The translations under genes were made by a program, and so were the position numbers. A stretch of DNA of 64,000 bases from Mobula hypostoma (taxonomy: Eukaryota): NCBI RefSeq assembly GCF_963921235.1, contig NC_086109.1:1364001-1428000 (forward strand). Direction: 5' to 3'. Below, in pieces: positions 49,701-61,377 of this stretch. The first letter of the stretch is position 1. Each line of letters opens with the position of its first letter. The notes below the pieces were generated by a model. That model saw only the letters and a list, made by a program, of their open reading frames with translations, was not told where the DNA came from and searched no databases.

Positions 49701-52350
49701 CCCAGGAAACGGGTCAGACACAGAGTGAAACTCCCTCTACATTGTCCCATCACACACTCCCAGGAAACGGGTGAGACACAGAGCGAAGCTCCCCCTACAG
49801 TGTCCCATCACACACTCCCAGGACATGGGTCAGACACAGAGTGAAACTCCCTCTACACTGTCCCATCACACACTCCCAGGACACGGGTCAGACACAGAGT
49901 GAAGCTCGCTCTACACTGTCCTATCACACACTCCCAGGACACGGGTCAGACACAGAATGAAGCTCCCTCTACACTGTCCCATCACACACTCCCAGGACAC
50001 GGGTTAGACACAGAGTAAAACTCCCTCTACATTGTCCCATCACACACTCCCAGGAAACGGGTCAGACACAGAGTGAAACTCCCTCTACATTGTCCCATCA
50101 CACACTCCCAGGAAACGGGTCAGACACAGAGCGAAGCTCCCTCGACAGTGTCCCATCACACACTCCCAGGACACGGGTCAGACACAGAGTGAAGCTCGCT
50201 CTACACTGTCCCATCACACACTCCCAGGACACGGGTCAGACACAGAGTGAAGCTCGCTCTACACTGTCCTATCACACACTCCCAGGACACGGGTCAGACA
50301 CAGAATGAAGCTCCCTCTACACTGTCCCATCACACACTCCCAGGACAGGGGTCAGACGCAGAGTGAAGCTCCCGCTACACTGTCCCATCACACACTCCCA
50401 GGACACGGGACAGACACAGAGTGAAGCTCCCTCTACACTGACCCATCACACACTCCCAGGGCACGGGTCAGACACAGAGCGAAGCTCCCTCTACACTGTC
50501 CCATCACACACTCCAAGGACACGGGTCAGACACAGAGTGAAGCTCCCTCTACACTGTCCCATCACACACTCCCAGGGCACGGGTCAGACACAGAGCGAAG
50601 CTCCCTCTGCACTGTCCCATCACACACTCCCAGGACGCGGGTCAGACACAGAGTGAAGCTCCCTCTACACTGTCCGATCACACACTGCAAGGACACGGGT
50701 CAGGCACAGAGTGAAACTCCCTCTACAGTGTCCTATCACACATTCCCAGGGTACGGGTCAGACACAGAGTGAAACTCCCTCCACACTGTCCCATCACACA
50801 CTCCCAGGACACGGGTCAGACACAGAGTGAAGCTCCATCTACACTGCCCAATCACACACTCCCAGGACACGGGTCAGACACACAGTGAAGCTCCCATAAC
50901 ACGGTCCCATCACACACTCCCAGGACACGGGTCAGACACAGAGTGAAACTCCCTCTATACTGTCCCATCACAGACTCCCAGGACACGGGTCAGACGCAGA
51001 GTGAAACTCCCTCTAGACTCTCCCATCACACACTCCCAGGGTCAGACACAGAATGAAACTCCCTCTACACTATCTCATCACACACTCCCGGGACACGGGT
51101 CAGACACAGAGTGAAACTCCCTCTACATTGTCCCATCACACACTCCCAGGAAACGGGTCAGACACAGAGAGAAGCTCCCCCTACAGTGTCCCATCACACA
51201 CTCCCAGGACACGGGTCAGACATAGAATGAAGCTCCCTTTACACTGTCCCATCACACACTCCCAGGACACAGGTCAGACACAGAGTGAAACTCCCTCTAC
51301 AGTGTCCCATCACACACTCCCAGGACATGGGTCAGACACAGAGTGAAACTCCCTTTTAACTGTCAGATCACACACTGCAAGGACACGGGTCAGACACAGA
51401 GTGAAACTCCCTCTACATTGTCCCATCACACACTCCCAGGAAACGGGTCAGACACAGAATGAAGCTCCCTCTACACTCTCCCATCACACACTCCCAGGAC
51501 AGGGGTCAGACGCAGAGTGAAGCTCCCGCTACACTGTCCCATCACACACTCCCAGGACACGGGACAGACACAGAGTGAAGCTCCCTCTACACTGACCCAT
51601 CACACACTCCCAGGGCACGGGTCAGACACAGAGCGAAGCTCCCTCTACACTGTCCCATCACACACTCCAAGGACACGGGTCAGACACAGAGTGAAGCTCC
51701 CTCTACACTGTCCCATCACACACTCCCAGGGCACGGGTCAGACACAGAGCGAAGCTCCCTCTACACTGTCCCATCACACACTCCCAGGACGCGGGTCAGA
51801 CACAGAGTGAAACTCCCTCTATACTGTCCCATCACAGACTCCCAGGACACGGGTCAGACACAGAGTGAAACTCCCTCTAGACTCTCCCATCACACACTCC
51901 CAGGGTCAGACACAGAATGAAACTCCCTCTCCACTATCTCATCACACACTCCCAGGACACGGGTCAGACACAGAGTGAAGCTCCCTCTGCACTGTCCCAT
52001 CACACACTCGCAGGACACGGGTTAGAAACAGAGTGAAGTTCCCTCTACACTGTCCCATCACACACTCCCAGGACACGGGTCAGATACAGAGTGAAACTCC
52101 CTCTACACTGTCCCATCACACACTCCCAGGACACGGGTCAGACACAGAGTGAAATTCCCTCTACACTGTCCCATCACACACTCGCAGGACACGGGTTAGA
52201 AACAGAGTGAAGTTCCCTCTACAGTGGCCTATCATACACTGCCAGGGCAGAGGTTAGATCAGAGTGAAGCTCCCTCTGCATTGACCCACTACATTTTCCC
52301 AAGGCACGGTTTAGACACAGAGTGAAGCTCTCTCTACACTGTCCCCTCAC
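43768..52350. repeat. 58-bp minisatellite, ~148 copies (8.6 kb), with higher-order structure, in gene 2 intron 1
   Basis: Same unit as 14215-15005; recurring variant cassettes and 52-bp deletion units; 26-bp partial units at the left edge. Confidence 0.98.
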
Positions 52351-52705
52351 ACCCCCATGACATGGTTCAGAGCAGCTTCATTATGTGTGTAATCTGCATG
52401 GTGGGACTATGTAGATGCAGCTACCTTGTCTTCCCTCACCATGTTCACCCTCCCCGTCTCAGACTTGTCCACCGAAATCTGGTTGCAGACTTCAACTTCC
52501 GTCTTCGGAGACGGCTACAGATAGTAAACAGTCTGTTCACCCTTGGCCTCGCTGTGTGATTTAGGAACTGAGAGCTGGATCTCTCAAATGGGTAGAGTTC
52601 AGACAATGGGCCGCATGGCGTGCTGTGTGTCTGTGACTCTCTGAGCTCCGATACTTCCTCTGGTCACTGAGCTCACCTGCTGACTGTCTCGTCTTGTCTC
52701 CTCAG

Positions 52706-53026
52706 CTGGGACTGGGGCTTCCGGTACCACTGTGTACACAATCCCTGGGAAACGTGTCACCTTGCTGTCTGGGATCACAGCCGGACCGCACATTGCTGAG
52801 GTTGAGTGGAAACGGTCATCGCCCAGAACCACGTTAGTGCGATACTCGAAAACCAACACTAAATATTTTGAATCCATTTACACGGGACGGATTAAGCTTA
52901 ATCTCAGTAACTTCAATCTGGAAATCCTGGATCTATGGAAAAATGATACTGGTGATTTTGAGGTTATTTTTACAAAAGATAATTCAGGACTTGAAAACAG
53001 AAAGCTAATCCGACTGGAGGTGTACG
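52706..53026 (+). CDS. CD2/SLAM-family gene 2, exon 2 (cysteine-less IgV domain)
   Basis: Acceptor ctgactgtctcgtcttgtctcctcag, donor G|GTAAGT, 321 nt, phase 1-1; GKRVTLLS, EVEW, FNLEILDLWKNDTGDFEV, IRLEVY; gap-free alignment to gene 1 IgV. Confidence 0.93.
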
Positions 53027-53599
53027 GTAAGTGAGACATCGCCAACAGGCCTGGGTTTCACCCGTTCCTGAAACTTCCCTAAATCATGAGTGAGGGCAGA
53101 TCCTGTAAGTTTCCCTGTTTGCTGAAACACACAGACTGCCTGTGTCGAGAGCTGAGCTCAGGTTCCTGATGCAGTGAGGCTGAAGCAGTAGGAGGCAGGT
53201 AAATACGTCTACCACATCCCCAGGGTCTGGGCTACAGGCTGAGAAACATCAACATTGCTCCAAGGCCTGAGGAGCTGAGCTCACAGGAGACTGGGATGAA
53301 GGGATAGCTCGATGGGTTGGGTGAAGCCAGTGTGGCTGGCCGCATGGTTTATATCTGTGGGTGACAGAGGAAGGCTTGCTGAAGACTGTTCCTAGAAATT
53401 CAAGTGGGACTGTGAAGACCTGGATTGCTGTTCTCCTGGCTCTCTACTATTAATGGGGTGATTAACAGGAGCCACAGATTAAAAGTGAGGCAGGAAAGCA
53501 CGAACCAGTGAGGTAAAATGGAGCCAAAATCAGTGGTGAATTTAAAGGGAGAAGGAAACATTAGCTTGCTGAGTTTAAACTGAGAGGGGAACGTATTTG

Positions 53600-54490
53600 T
53601 GGTGAGATTAAACAGAGTGGGAATGGGGTTCAAGTGAGATTAAAGGGATTGGGAAATGGGGTTTCATGAGATTAAAGGGAGCAGACAATGGGATTCGGGT
53701 GAGATTAAAGGGAGTGGGCAACGGGTTCAGGTAAAATTAAACGGAGTGGGCATTAGGGTTTGGGTAAGATTAAATGGAGTGGACAACGCGGTTCAGGTGA
53801 GATTAAAGGCAGTGGGCAGCAGGGTTTGGGTGAGATTAAAGGGAGTGGGTAATGGGATTCAGATGAGATTAAAGGGAGTGGGCAACGGGGTTCGGCTAAG
53901 ATGAAATGGAGCAGGCAATAGGGCTGAGTAAGATTAAAGGGAGCGGGCAAACAGAGTTCAGGTAAAATGAAATGAAATGGGTAATGGGGTCAGGTAAGAT
54001 TAAATGAAACGGGTAATAGGGTTGAGGTGGGGTAAAAGGGAGTGGGCAGCAGGATTTGGGTGAGGTTAAAGGGAGTGGGTAATGTGGTTCAGGTGAGATT
54101 AAAGGGAGTGGATAATGGGGTTCAAGAGAGATTAAAGGGAGCGGGTAATGGAGTTCCGGTGAGATGAAAGGGAGTTGTTAATAAGGTTCAGGAGAGATTA
54201 AAGGGAGTGGGCAATGGGTTTCAGGTGAGGTTAAGGGAAGGGGTAATGGGGTTCAGGTAAGATTAAATGAAATGGGTAATGGGGTTCAGGTAAGATGAAA
54301 GGGAGTGGGCAATGGGGTTCAAGTGTGATTAAAGGGAGTGGGCAATGGGGTTGAGATGAGATTAAACGGAGTGAGTAATAGGGTTCCAATAAGATTAAAG
54401 GGAGTGGGCAATAGGTTTCAGGTGAGATTAAAGGGAGCAGACAATGGGGTTCAGGAGAGATTAAATGGAGTGCGCAATAGGGCGGTGAGA
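53600..54490. repeat. 33-bp G-rich minisatellite, ~27 copies, in gene 2 intron 2
   Basis: Unit gagattaaagggagtgggcaatggggttcaggt, period 33. Confidence 0.92.
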
Positions 54491-54769
54491 AGAGATGCAT
54501 TCAGTTTGGCGGAATAAGAGATGACATAATTGTGAGGGTAGGTCTGTGTGGAGAATAAGGGACAGGGCAATGGGATGGATTTCTCCTTCGTAGACCCAGT
54601 CCAGCCGATGGGCTGAATGGCCTTCCTGCTGTGACCACACTATAATATTCCGCACAGTTCTGGGATCATCTGATACTGTGAGAGTGTGACATTTCAGTCG
54701 ACTGCGTGGGGTCTCGGTGGAAGGTGTGGTCTGGTCTGATAATTGATCTTCAAAGAAAGATGGTTGGAA

Positions 54770-55330
54770 GCCAAAGGCACAGAGGCTAGAGTGGGAGTGG
54801 GATGGAGAATTAAAGTCAGAGCGTCTGCGTTGTCAGGTTGATCCTAGCACCTTAATGGAAGTGTTCTGCAAGGTGTTCATTTTATCAATGTCTGGTTTCT
54901 CCAGTGAGGAGGTAACCCGATGTGGTTACCCAGGCTGGAAGAGGGCGATTGAATCAGTGCTTCACCTGATAGGACCCCTGTCCCTGCATTTAGGGGAAGG
55001 AAGAGGTGAAAAGTCAGGTGTTGCCCCTCTTGTGGTTACAGGAGAAGGTGGTGTAGGAGCAGTGTGGGGGTGGAGACGGAGGAGTGGAGCACTGTACTCC
55101 CAGACTGCTCGGAAAGGGAAGATGGTCCTGGTTCATCAAACAGCAGAGCTTAAGGACGTTGGTACGAGTGTGAAGTCAGATGTGTTCAGTGATGGGACCT
55201 CGTTGATGTTAGTGGAGTTGTCAGGGTACGATCCAGTGGACGTGGTGGTTGGTGGGGTGAAACCGTGAAATTATCCCCTTCTTCTGGTGGGGAACGGTTG
55301 GTGGCGGTAAGGGCAGAGGTGGGAGAAATG
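54770..55330 (-). mobile_element. Old Penelope-like remnant
   Basis: Weak similarity of minus-strand translations to the PLE RT/GIY-YIG linker. Confidence 0.35.
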
Positions 55331-55369
55331 GAACATGCAGAGATTAAAGTTGCATCTTCTCCGTCTCAG

Positions 55370-55660
55370 AGCTGGTGTCAGGAGCAAACATCGTGGTTCA
55401 GAACTGCACTGGGACTTGTAACCTTAAGCTGACCTGCTCCGTGACTTCGGGCGACGCCATCAGCTTCACGTGGCAGAGGGAAGGAGAAATTGTGGGGAAT
55501 GACAGCACCCATCAGCTCGGGGGACTCGGAGAGACGCTACTGGTTCGTCAGACAGCAGAGGCTAAGGACGTTCCGTACAACTGTGAGGTCGGAAACCCTC
55601 TCAACACAGTGGTGGCAGGTATCAAACTGGAGCGGCACGCCTGTAAACTGCGCTCATCCG
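55370..55660 (+). CDS. CD2/SLAM-family gene 2, exon 3 (IgC2 domain)
   Basis: Acceptor catcttctccgtctcag, donor G|GTGAGT, 291 nt, phase 1-1; NCTGTCNLKLTCSV...FTW...YNCEVGNP...HAC matches the SLAM/CD2 C2 pattern (TC...LTC...W...YxC...NP...C). Confidence 0.92.
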
Positions 55661-55980
55661 GTGAGTGTCAGAGCAACAAGTGCGACGCACAGATTGTGGC
55701 AGTCCCCTTGCCCCAGCAGAGTTTTAGACGCAGCTATACTCTGGTTTGATTCTGTGCCTGGGACAATCTGTCAGCGGGAGTGAGACTGCAGTGAGTGGTA
55801 GTTAGGTGGGTGACGGTTCACCAAGGGTCCTCCCGCACTGCGATTAGCAACACCATCCCTGCAGATTCCGCAACCACTCCGCAGCGGGGATGGGAGAGCT
55901 CCTGTTTGGGCGGGTCTCATTTCCCTCTTCCCCTCGACTGGTCAAATATTTATCCAGCTCTACTTTAATCGTTTCCATTA

Positions 55981-58900
55981 AAGATGGTGCCGGTAACTGG
56001 CGACTTTGCGTGTGCTGTCCCGAGCACACTGTCCTCTCCACTATCCTAAACCCGAGAAACCCTTCTAAACCTCCAATCTAGCAAGATCAAGATCAACAAC
56101 ATCCCGGCGAAGCTACTGACCCAGCTGGAGACCACCGCGCCAGAACTGCTTCTTAAACTCTGGACCGCACCAGGACCCGACCAGCGAGGCCCACCACGTT
56201 CCCGGAGACCCGCGGCCTGCTACCGTGCCAGAACGCTTGGAGACACAGCCCATTCCGACCAGCACCTCTCCGGAGCAGACGGCCACACTGAAGTGACGGC
56301 GGAGACCTCAAGGTGCCCCAGACGCTTCCCTGGAGCGACCACCGTAAAGCCCCGTTGGTGGCCATCCACAGCTGCCGGAAGTGAGGCCTCCGCCACCGAC
56401 CTCAGAAATCGAGCCCGAGGCTCGGCTGGAGCGGAGGCCTCCGCAACCATGACTTGGCTTACGGACTTGTTTCAGCCAGGAGCCCTCCGGGATTCAGTGT
56501 CAGCTTCGGGGTCCGACCCAATCGACAGCCCGGGCCCCCGGCAGCTGGAAGTGGCAGCGGAGCCTCCCCTGTTACTCGGCCCGACCCAGAGCGTCCGACG
56601 ACGCGACCGGCTGATCGATCCCCACGGGATGCGTCCACCAACCTCAAAGAGCTGACAACAACACACTGCATCGATGGAAACCTGGAAAGATGCACTATTT
56701 ACCGAGGAAACGTGGGAAAAGAGCTAATAAATTGACAGTTTTGTTTGTTATAATTCCCCAATATATTCACGGTATTTCTATATCAGACCAAATTGCATTT
56801 GTCACATTATTGGCTAGAAGGGCTATTTTATTAAAACGGAAAGATGCCTCTGCTTCCACTTTGATACAGTGGTTCTCTCAGGTGATGTTATGTCTTAGTT
56901 TGGAAAAAATTAGAAGTCGAACTTCTGATCCTAAATTTGACGGAGAAAAGGTGGGGTTCTTTTGCCGTTATTATCATTTGACTTGAGTTAATAAAGATGG
57001 TCCTTTTCTGATGCTTGGGTATATGGATTTGGTTGGCGGATCAATGTCTTTTTTTTATGGAAGCTTGTATGCGCATAGTTCCGGGTTTGTGCTCCAAATG
57101 GGGGTTTTTCCCGTTTTTTTTTAGTTCTTAGGGGTTTTCTCTGTTTTAGTTAGTAGCGGTTCTTTCTTCCCAATTTCCATTAAAAAAAAGCTTTAATACT
57201 TTGTTTTTAGATTATTATTGATAGACTGTTCAGCCTGGTTGATAGTTTAACTTTTACTCTACATATGGATATGTTGTCTTGATTATTTTGATGTATTTTT
57301 GTCATTTGTTGATTTTCAATAATAATTAATAAAAAGATTTAAAAAGAAAGGAAAAGAGCTGGGCTGATGGTCAGATTGAAGCTGAGGGGCTTCAGGGTCC
57401 CTATGCCCACCATCCTACTAGCTAATATGCAAACCATAGAGAACAAGGTGGATGATCTTAAAGGGAGACTCCCTACTGCAGGGAGATGCAGAACTGCTGT
57501 GTATTCTGTTTCACCGAGACCTGACTCTCCTCTGCCACCCCCGACTGTGCCATCCGACCGGAGGGATTTTCGATCCATCAGATGGACCGCACGGCGTCTT
57601 CAGGCAAGACGAGGGGAGGTGCTGTCTGCCTGCTACTACGTGGTGCTCGGACACGGTGGCACTGACAAGCTCCTGCAGCCCGAACCTGGAACACCTGTCG
57701 GTGAAGTGTCGTCCCTACTATCTGCCACGGGAATTCACCTGGGTCATACTGACAGCAGTCTACATTCCCCCCCAGGTGGACGTGTAGTGTGCCCTGAACA
57801 TACTGTATGCCAACATCAGTGAACTTGAGACCAGGCAGCCGGAGGCTTTGCTCATTACAGCCGGGGACTTTAACCGGGCCAACCTCAGAAAGGCGCTGCC
57901 AAAGTTATACCAACATGTCTCCTGCCCCCACTAGAGGCCCGAATATACTTGACCATTGCTACACAGCAGTCAAGGATGCCTACCGTTCCATCCCACAACC
58001 TCACTTCGGAAAATTGGACCATCAGGCCGTACTCCTCCTCCCGGCTTACAAACAGAAACTGAAGCGGGAGGTCACGGTGATAAAAGTAGTGTCGCGTTGG
58101 ACAGAGAAAACGGATGAGGTCCTCCGTGACTGCTTTGAATCGGTGGACTGGTTAGTATTCAAGGACTCAGCAGCTAACCTCGATGAGTATGCCTCAGCTG
58201 TCACGGACTTTATTTGGAAATGCACGGAGGACTGTGTGTCTCGCAAGACGATCCGGGTATTCGCTAACGGGAAACCTTGGATGAATTGTGAGGTCAAGTC
58301 CCTTTTAAAGGCTAGAGCTGAGGCTTTTAGGTCCGGGGATACTAGTCACTACACGGAATCCAGGCGTGAACTCCGGAAAGCCATTAAGGGCGCCAAGAGG
58401 CAATATCGAGCCAAGTTGGAAACCCAGGCTAACCAGAGGGATGCCAGTAGACTATGGCAGGGTCTAAATGAGATCACTGGGCGCAGAGGAAAGGCTGGGA
58501 ATATCAATAACTGTGGCGCTTCTCTTCCTGATGAACTTCACATATTCTACGCAAGATTCAAACAAAAGAGGAGCGTCCTGCTCCCTCCGGATGAACCGGA
58601 CCTGGTGGCATTAAGATTCATCATCACCGAGGAGGACGTTAAAAGGGCCCTCCTGAAGATAAATCCAAGGAAGGCGACGGGCCCAGATGGCGTCCCGGGA
58701 CGGGTTCTCTGGGCCTGTGCAGGCGATCTAGCTGGAGTGTTTGCTGACATCTTCAACTGCTCCTTGCTTTAGTCTAAGATCCCCTCATGTTTTAAGAAGG
58801 CAACGATTATCCCAGTGCCGAAGAAGAGCAAGGTGGCATGCCTGAATGACTATCGACCTGTGGCTCTGACATCAATTGCTATGAAGTGCTTCGAGAGATT

Positions 58901-60265
58901 GGTTAATGCACACATCAACCACAGCCTACCGGTCAACCTCGACGCTTTGCAATTCACCAACCGGAGCAACAGGTCAATGGCAGATGCCATCTCTCTGGCC
59001 CTACATTCCTCCTTAGAACACCTGGAGAATAAAGATGCAGACGTAAGGCTCCTTTTCATTGACTACAGCTCTGCCTTTAATACCATCATTCCAAATAAAC
59101 TGATTCCTAAGCTCTGGAACCTGAGTCTTAGCACTCAGATCTGCAGCTGGATCTTCAACTTCCTCACAGACAGGACCCAGGCTGTAAAAAAAAAAAAGGG
59201 GACAAGCTCTCCTCTACAATCACTCTGAGCACCGGTGCCCCACAAGGCTGTGTACTCAGCCCCCTGCTGTACTCACTGTACACCCATGATTGTGCAGCCA
59301 AGTTTCCATCAAACTCAATATATAAGTTTGCTGATGCCACAACAATTGTAGGCCGTATCTCGGGTAATGATGAGTTTGAGTACAGAGAGGAAATTAAGAA
59401 CCTGGTGGCATGGTGCGAAGACAATAACCTATCCCTCAACGTCAGCAAGACGAAGGAATTGGTTGTTGACTTCAGAAGGAGTCGCGGACCACAAGACCCA
59501 ATTTACATCGGTGGTGCGCAAGTGGAACAGGTCAAAAGCTTTAAGTTCCTCGGGGTTAATATCACAAATGACCTGACTTGGTCCAACCAAGCAGAGTTCA
59601 CTGCCAAGAAGGCCCACCAGCACCTTTACTTCCTGAGAAAATTAAAGAAATTTGGCCTGTCCCCTAAAACCCTCACTAATTTTTATAGATGCACCGTAGA
59701 AAGCATTCTTTCAGGGTGCATCACAACCTGGTATGGAAGTTGTCCTGTCCAAGACGGAAAGAAGCTGCAGAAGATTGTGAACACAGCACAGCACATCACA
59801 GAAACCAATCTTCTGTCCTTGGACTCACTTTACACCGCACGCTGTCAGAGCAGGGCTGCCAGGATAATCGAGGACATGACCCATCCAGCCAACACACTTT
59901 TCGTCCCTCTTCACTCCGGGAGAAGGCTCAAGAGCTTGAAGACTCATATGGCCAGATGTGGGAACAGCTTCTTTCCAACTGTGATAAGACTGCTGAACAG
60001 ATCCTGACCTGGATCTGGGCCATACCCTCCAAATACCTGGACCTGCCTCTCGGTTTTTTTTTGCGCTACCTTACTTTCCATTCTTCTATTTTCTATTTAT
60101 GATTTATAAGTTACATTTTTAATATTTACTAGTTTTTACTAATTTTAATATCTTTAATATTTTAATATTTGTAATCCAGGGAGTGGGAAGCACAGAATCA
60201 AATATCGCTGTGATAATTGTACGTTCTACTATCAATAGTTTGGCGACAATAAAGTATAAAGTATA
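55981..60265 (+). mobile_element. Apparently full-length Rex1/Babar-type LINE (frameshifted)
   Basis: Starts AAGATGGTGCC, ends (aaagtat)n; ATTA repeated at 55977-55980 and 60266-60269 within a split CR1 remnant; APE (PTILLANMQTIENK, AVYIPPQ) and RT ([32 protein letters not shown]). Confidence 0.92.
56726..57349 (+). mobile_element. L1/Tx1-like 3' fragment nested in the Rex1 5' region
   Basis: 11-bp TSD GGAAAAGAGCT (56715-56725, 57350-57360); encodes FVTLLARRAILLKRKD...QWFSQVMLCLSLEKIR; AATAAA plus A-rich tail. Confidence 0.85.
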
Positions 60266-60339
60266 ATTACTTCCACCATGCACCGGGAGAGAGAATTCCC
60301 GAGATTCACCATCTTCTACCAGAAGATATTTCAACACCT

Positions 60340-61377
60340 CAACAAGCGTTTAATTAGAGTAAGGGGAAATATGAGGCTATTAGGCAGGAACTTGGAAGGA
60401 TAAATTGGAACAGATGTTCTCAGGCAAATGTATGGCAGAAATGTGGCAAATGTTCAGGGGATATTTGTGTGGAGTTCTGCATAGGTACGTTCCAATGAGA
60501 CACTGAATGGATGATAGGGTACAGGAACCGTGATGTACAAAGGCTGTTGTAAATATAGCCAAGAAGAAAAGAAAAGCTTACGAAAGGTTCAAAAAACTAG
60601 TTAATGATAGAGATCTAGAAGATTATAAGGCTAGCAGCAAGGAGCTTAAGAAAGAAATTAGGAGAGCCAGAAGGGGCCATGAGAAGGCCATTGGGAGCAG
60701 GATTAAAGAAAATCCCAAGGCATTCTACAAGTATGTGAAAAGCAAGAGGATAAAATGTGAGAGAATAGGACCAATCAAGTGTGACAGTGGAAAAGTGTGT
60801 ATGGAACCGGAGGAGACAGCAGAGGTATTAATGAGTACTTTGCTTCAGTATTCACTATGCAAAACGATCTTGGCGATTGAAGAGATGATTTACAGCAGAC
60901 TGAAAAACTTGAACGTACAGATATTAAGAAAAAAGATGTATTGGAGCTTTTGGAAAGCATTAAGTTGGATAAGTCACCAGGACAGGATGAAATGTACCCC
61001 ACTCTACTGTGGGAGGTGAGGGAGGAGATTACTGAGCCTCTGGCGATGATCTTTGAATCATCAATGGGGACAGGAGAGGTTCCAGAGGACTGGAGGTTTG
61101 CAGATGTTGTTCCCCTAATCAAGGAAGGGAGCAGAGGTAGCCCAGGAAATTATAGACCAGTGAGTCTTAATTCAGTGGTTAGTAAGTTGATGGAAAACAT
61201 CCTGAGAGGCAGGATTTATGAACATTTGGAGAGGTATGATATGATTAGGACTAGTTAGCATGGCTTTGTCAAAGGCAGGTCGTGCCTTATGAGCCTGATT
61301 GAATTTTTTGAGGATGTGACTAGACACATTGATGAAAGTAGAGCAGCAGGTGTAGTGCATATAGATTTCAGCAAGGC
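60340..61377 (+). mobile_element. CR1 EN-RT linker/RT fragment, interrupted by another CR1
   Basis: NPKAFYKYVKSKR, DKSPGQD, NYRPVSLNSV, HIDFSKA. Confidence 0.88.

Noticed and set aside
43761-51810. Many 97-aa ORFs (MKLPLHCPITHS...)
   Set aside because: Artefacts of the 58-bp tandem array.
43768-52350. CRISPR-like array
   Set aside because: Contiguous tandem monomers with no unique spacers, no cas genes, eukaryotic context.
53656-54500. Periodic ORFs in the 33-bp array (e.g. PEPHCPLPLIS repeats) as a coding repeat/mucin exon
   Set aside because: Frequent stops across units and no splice sites; intronic minisatellite.
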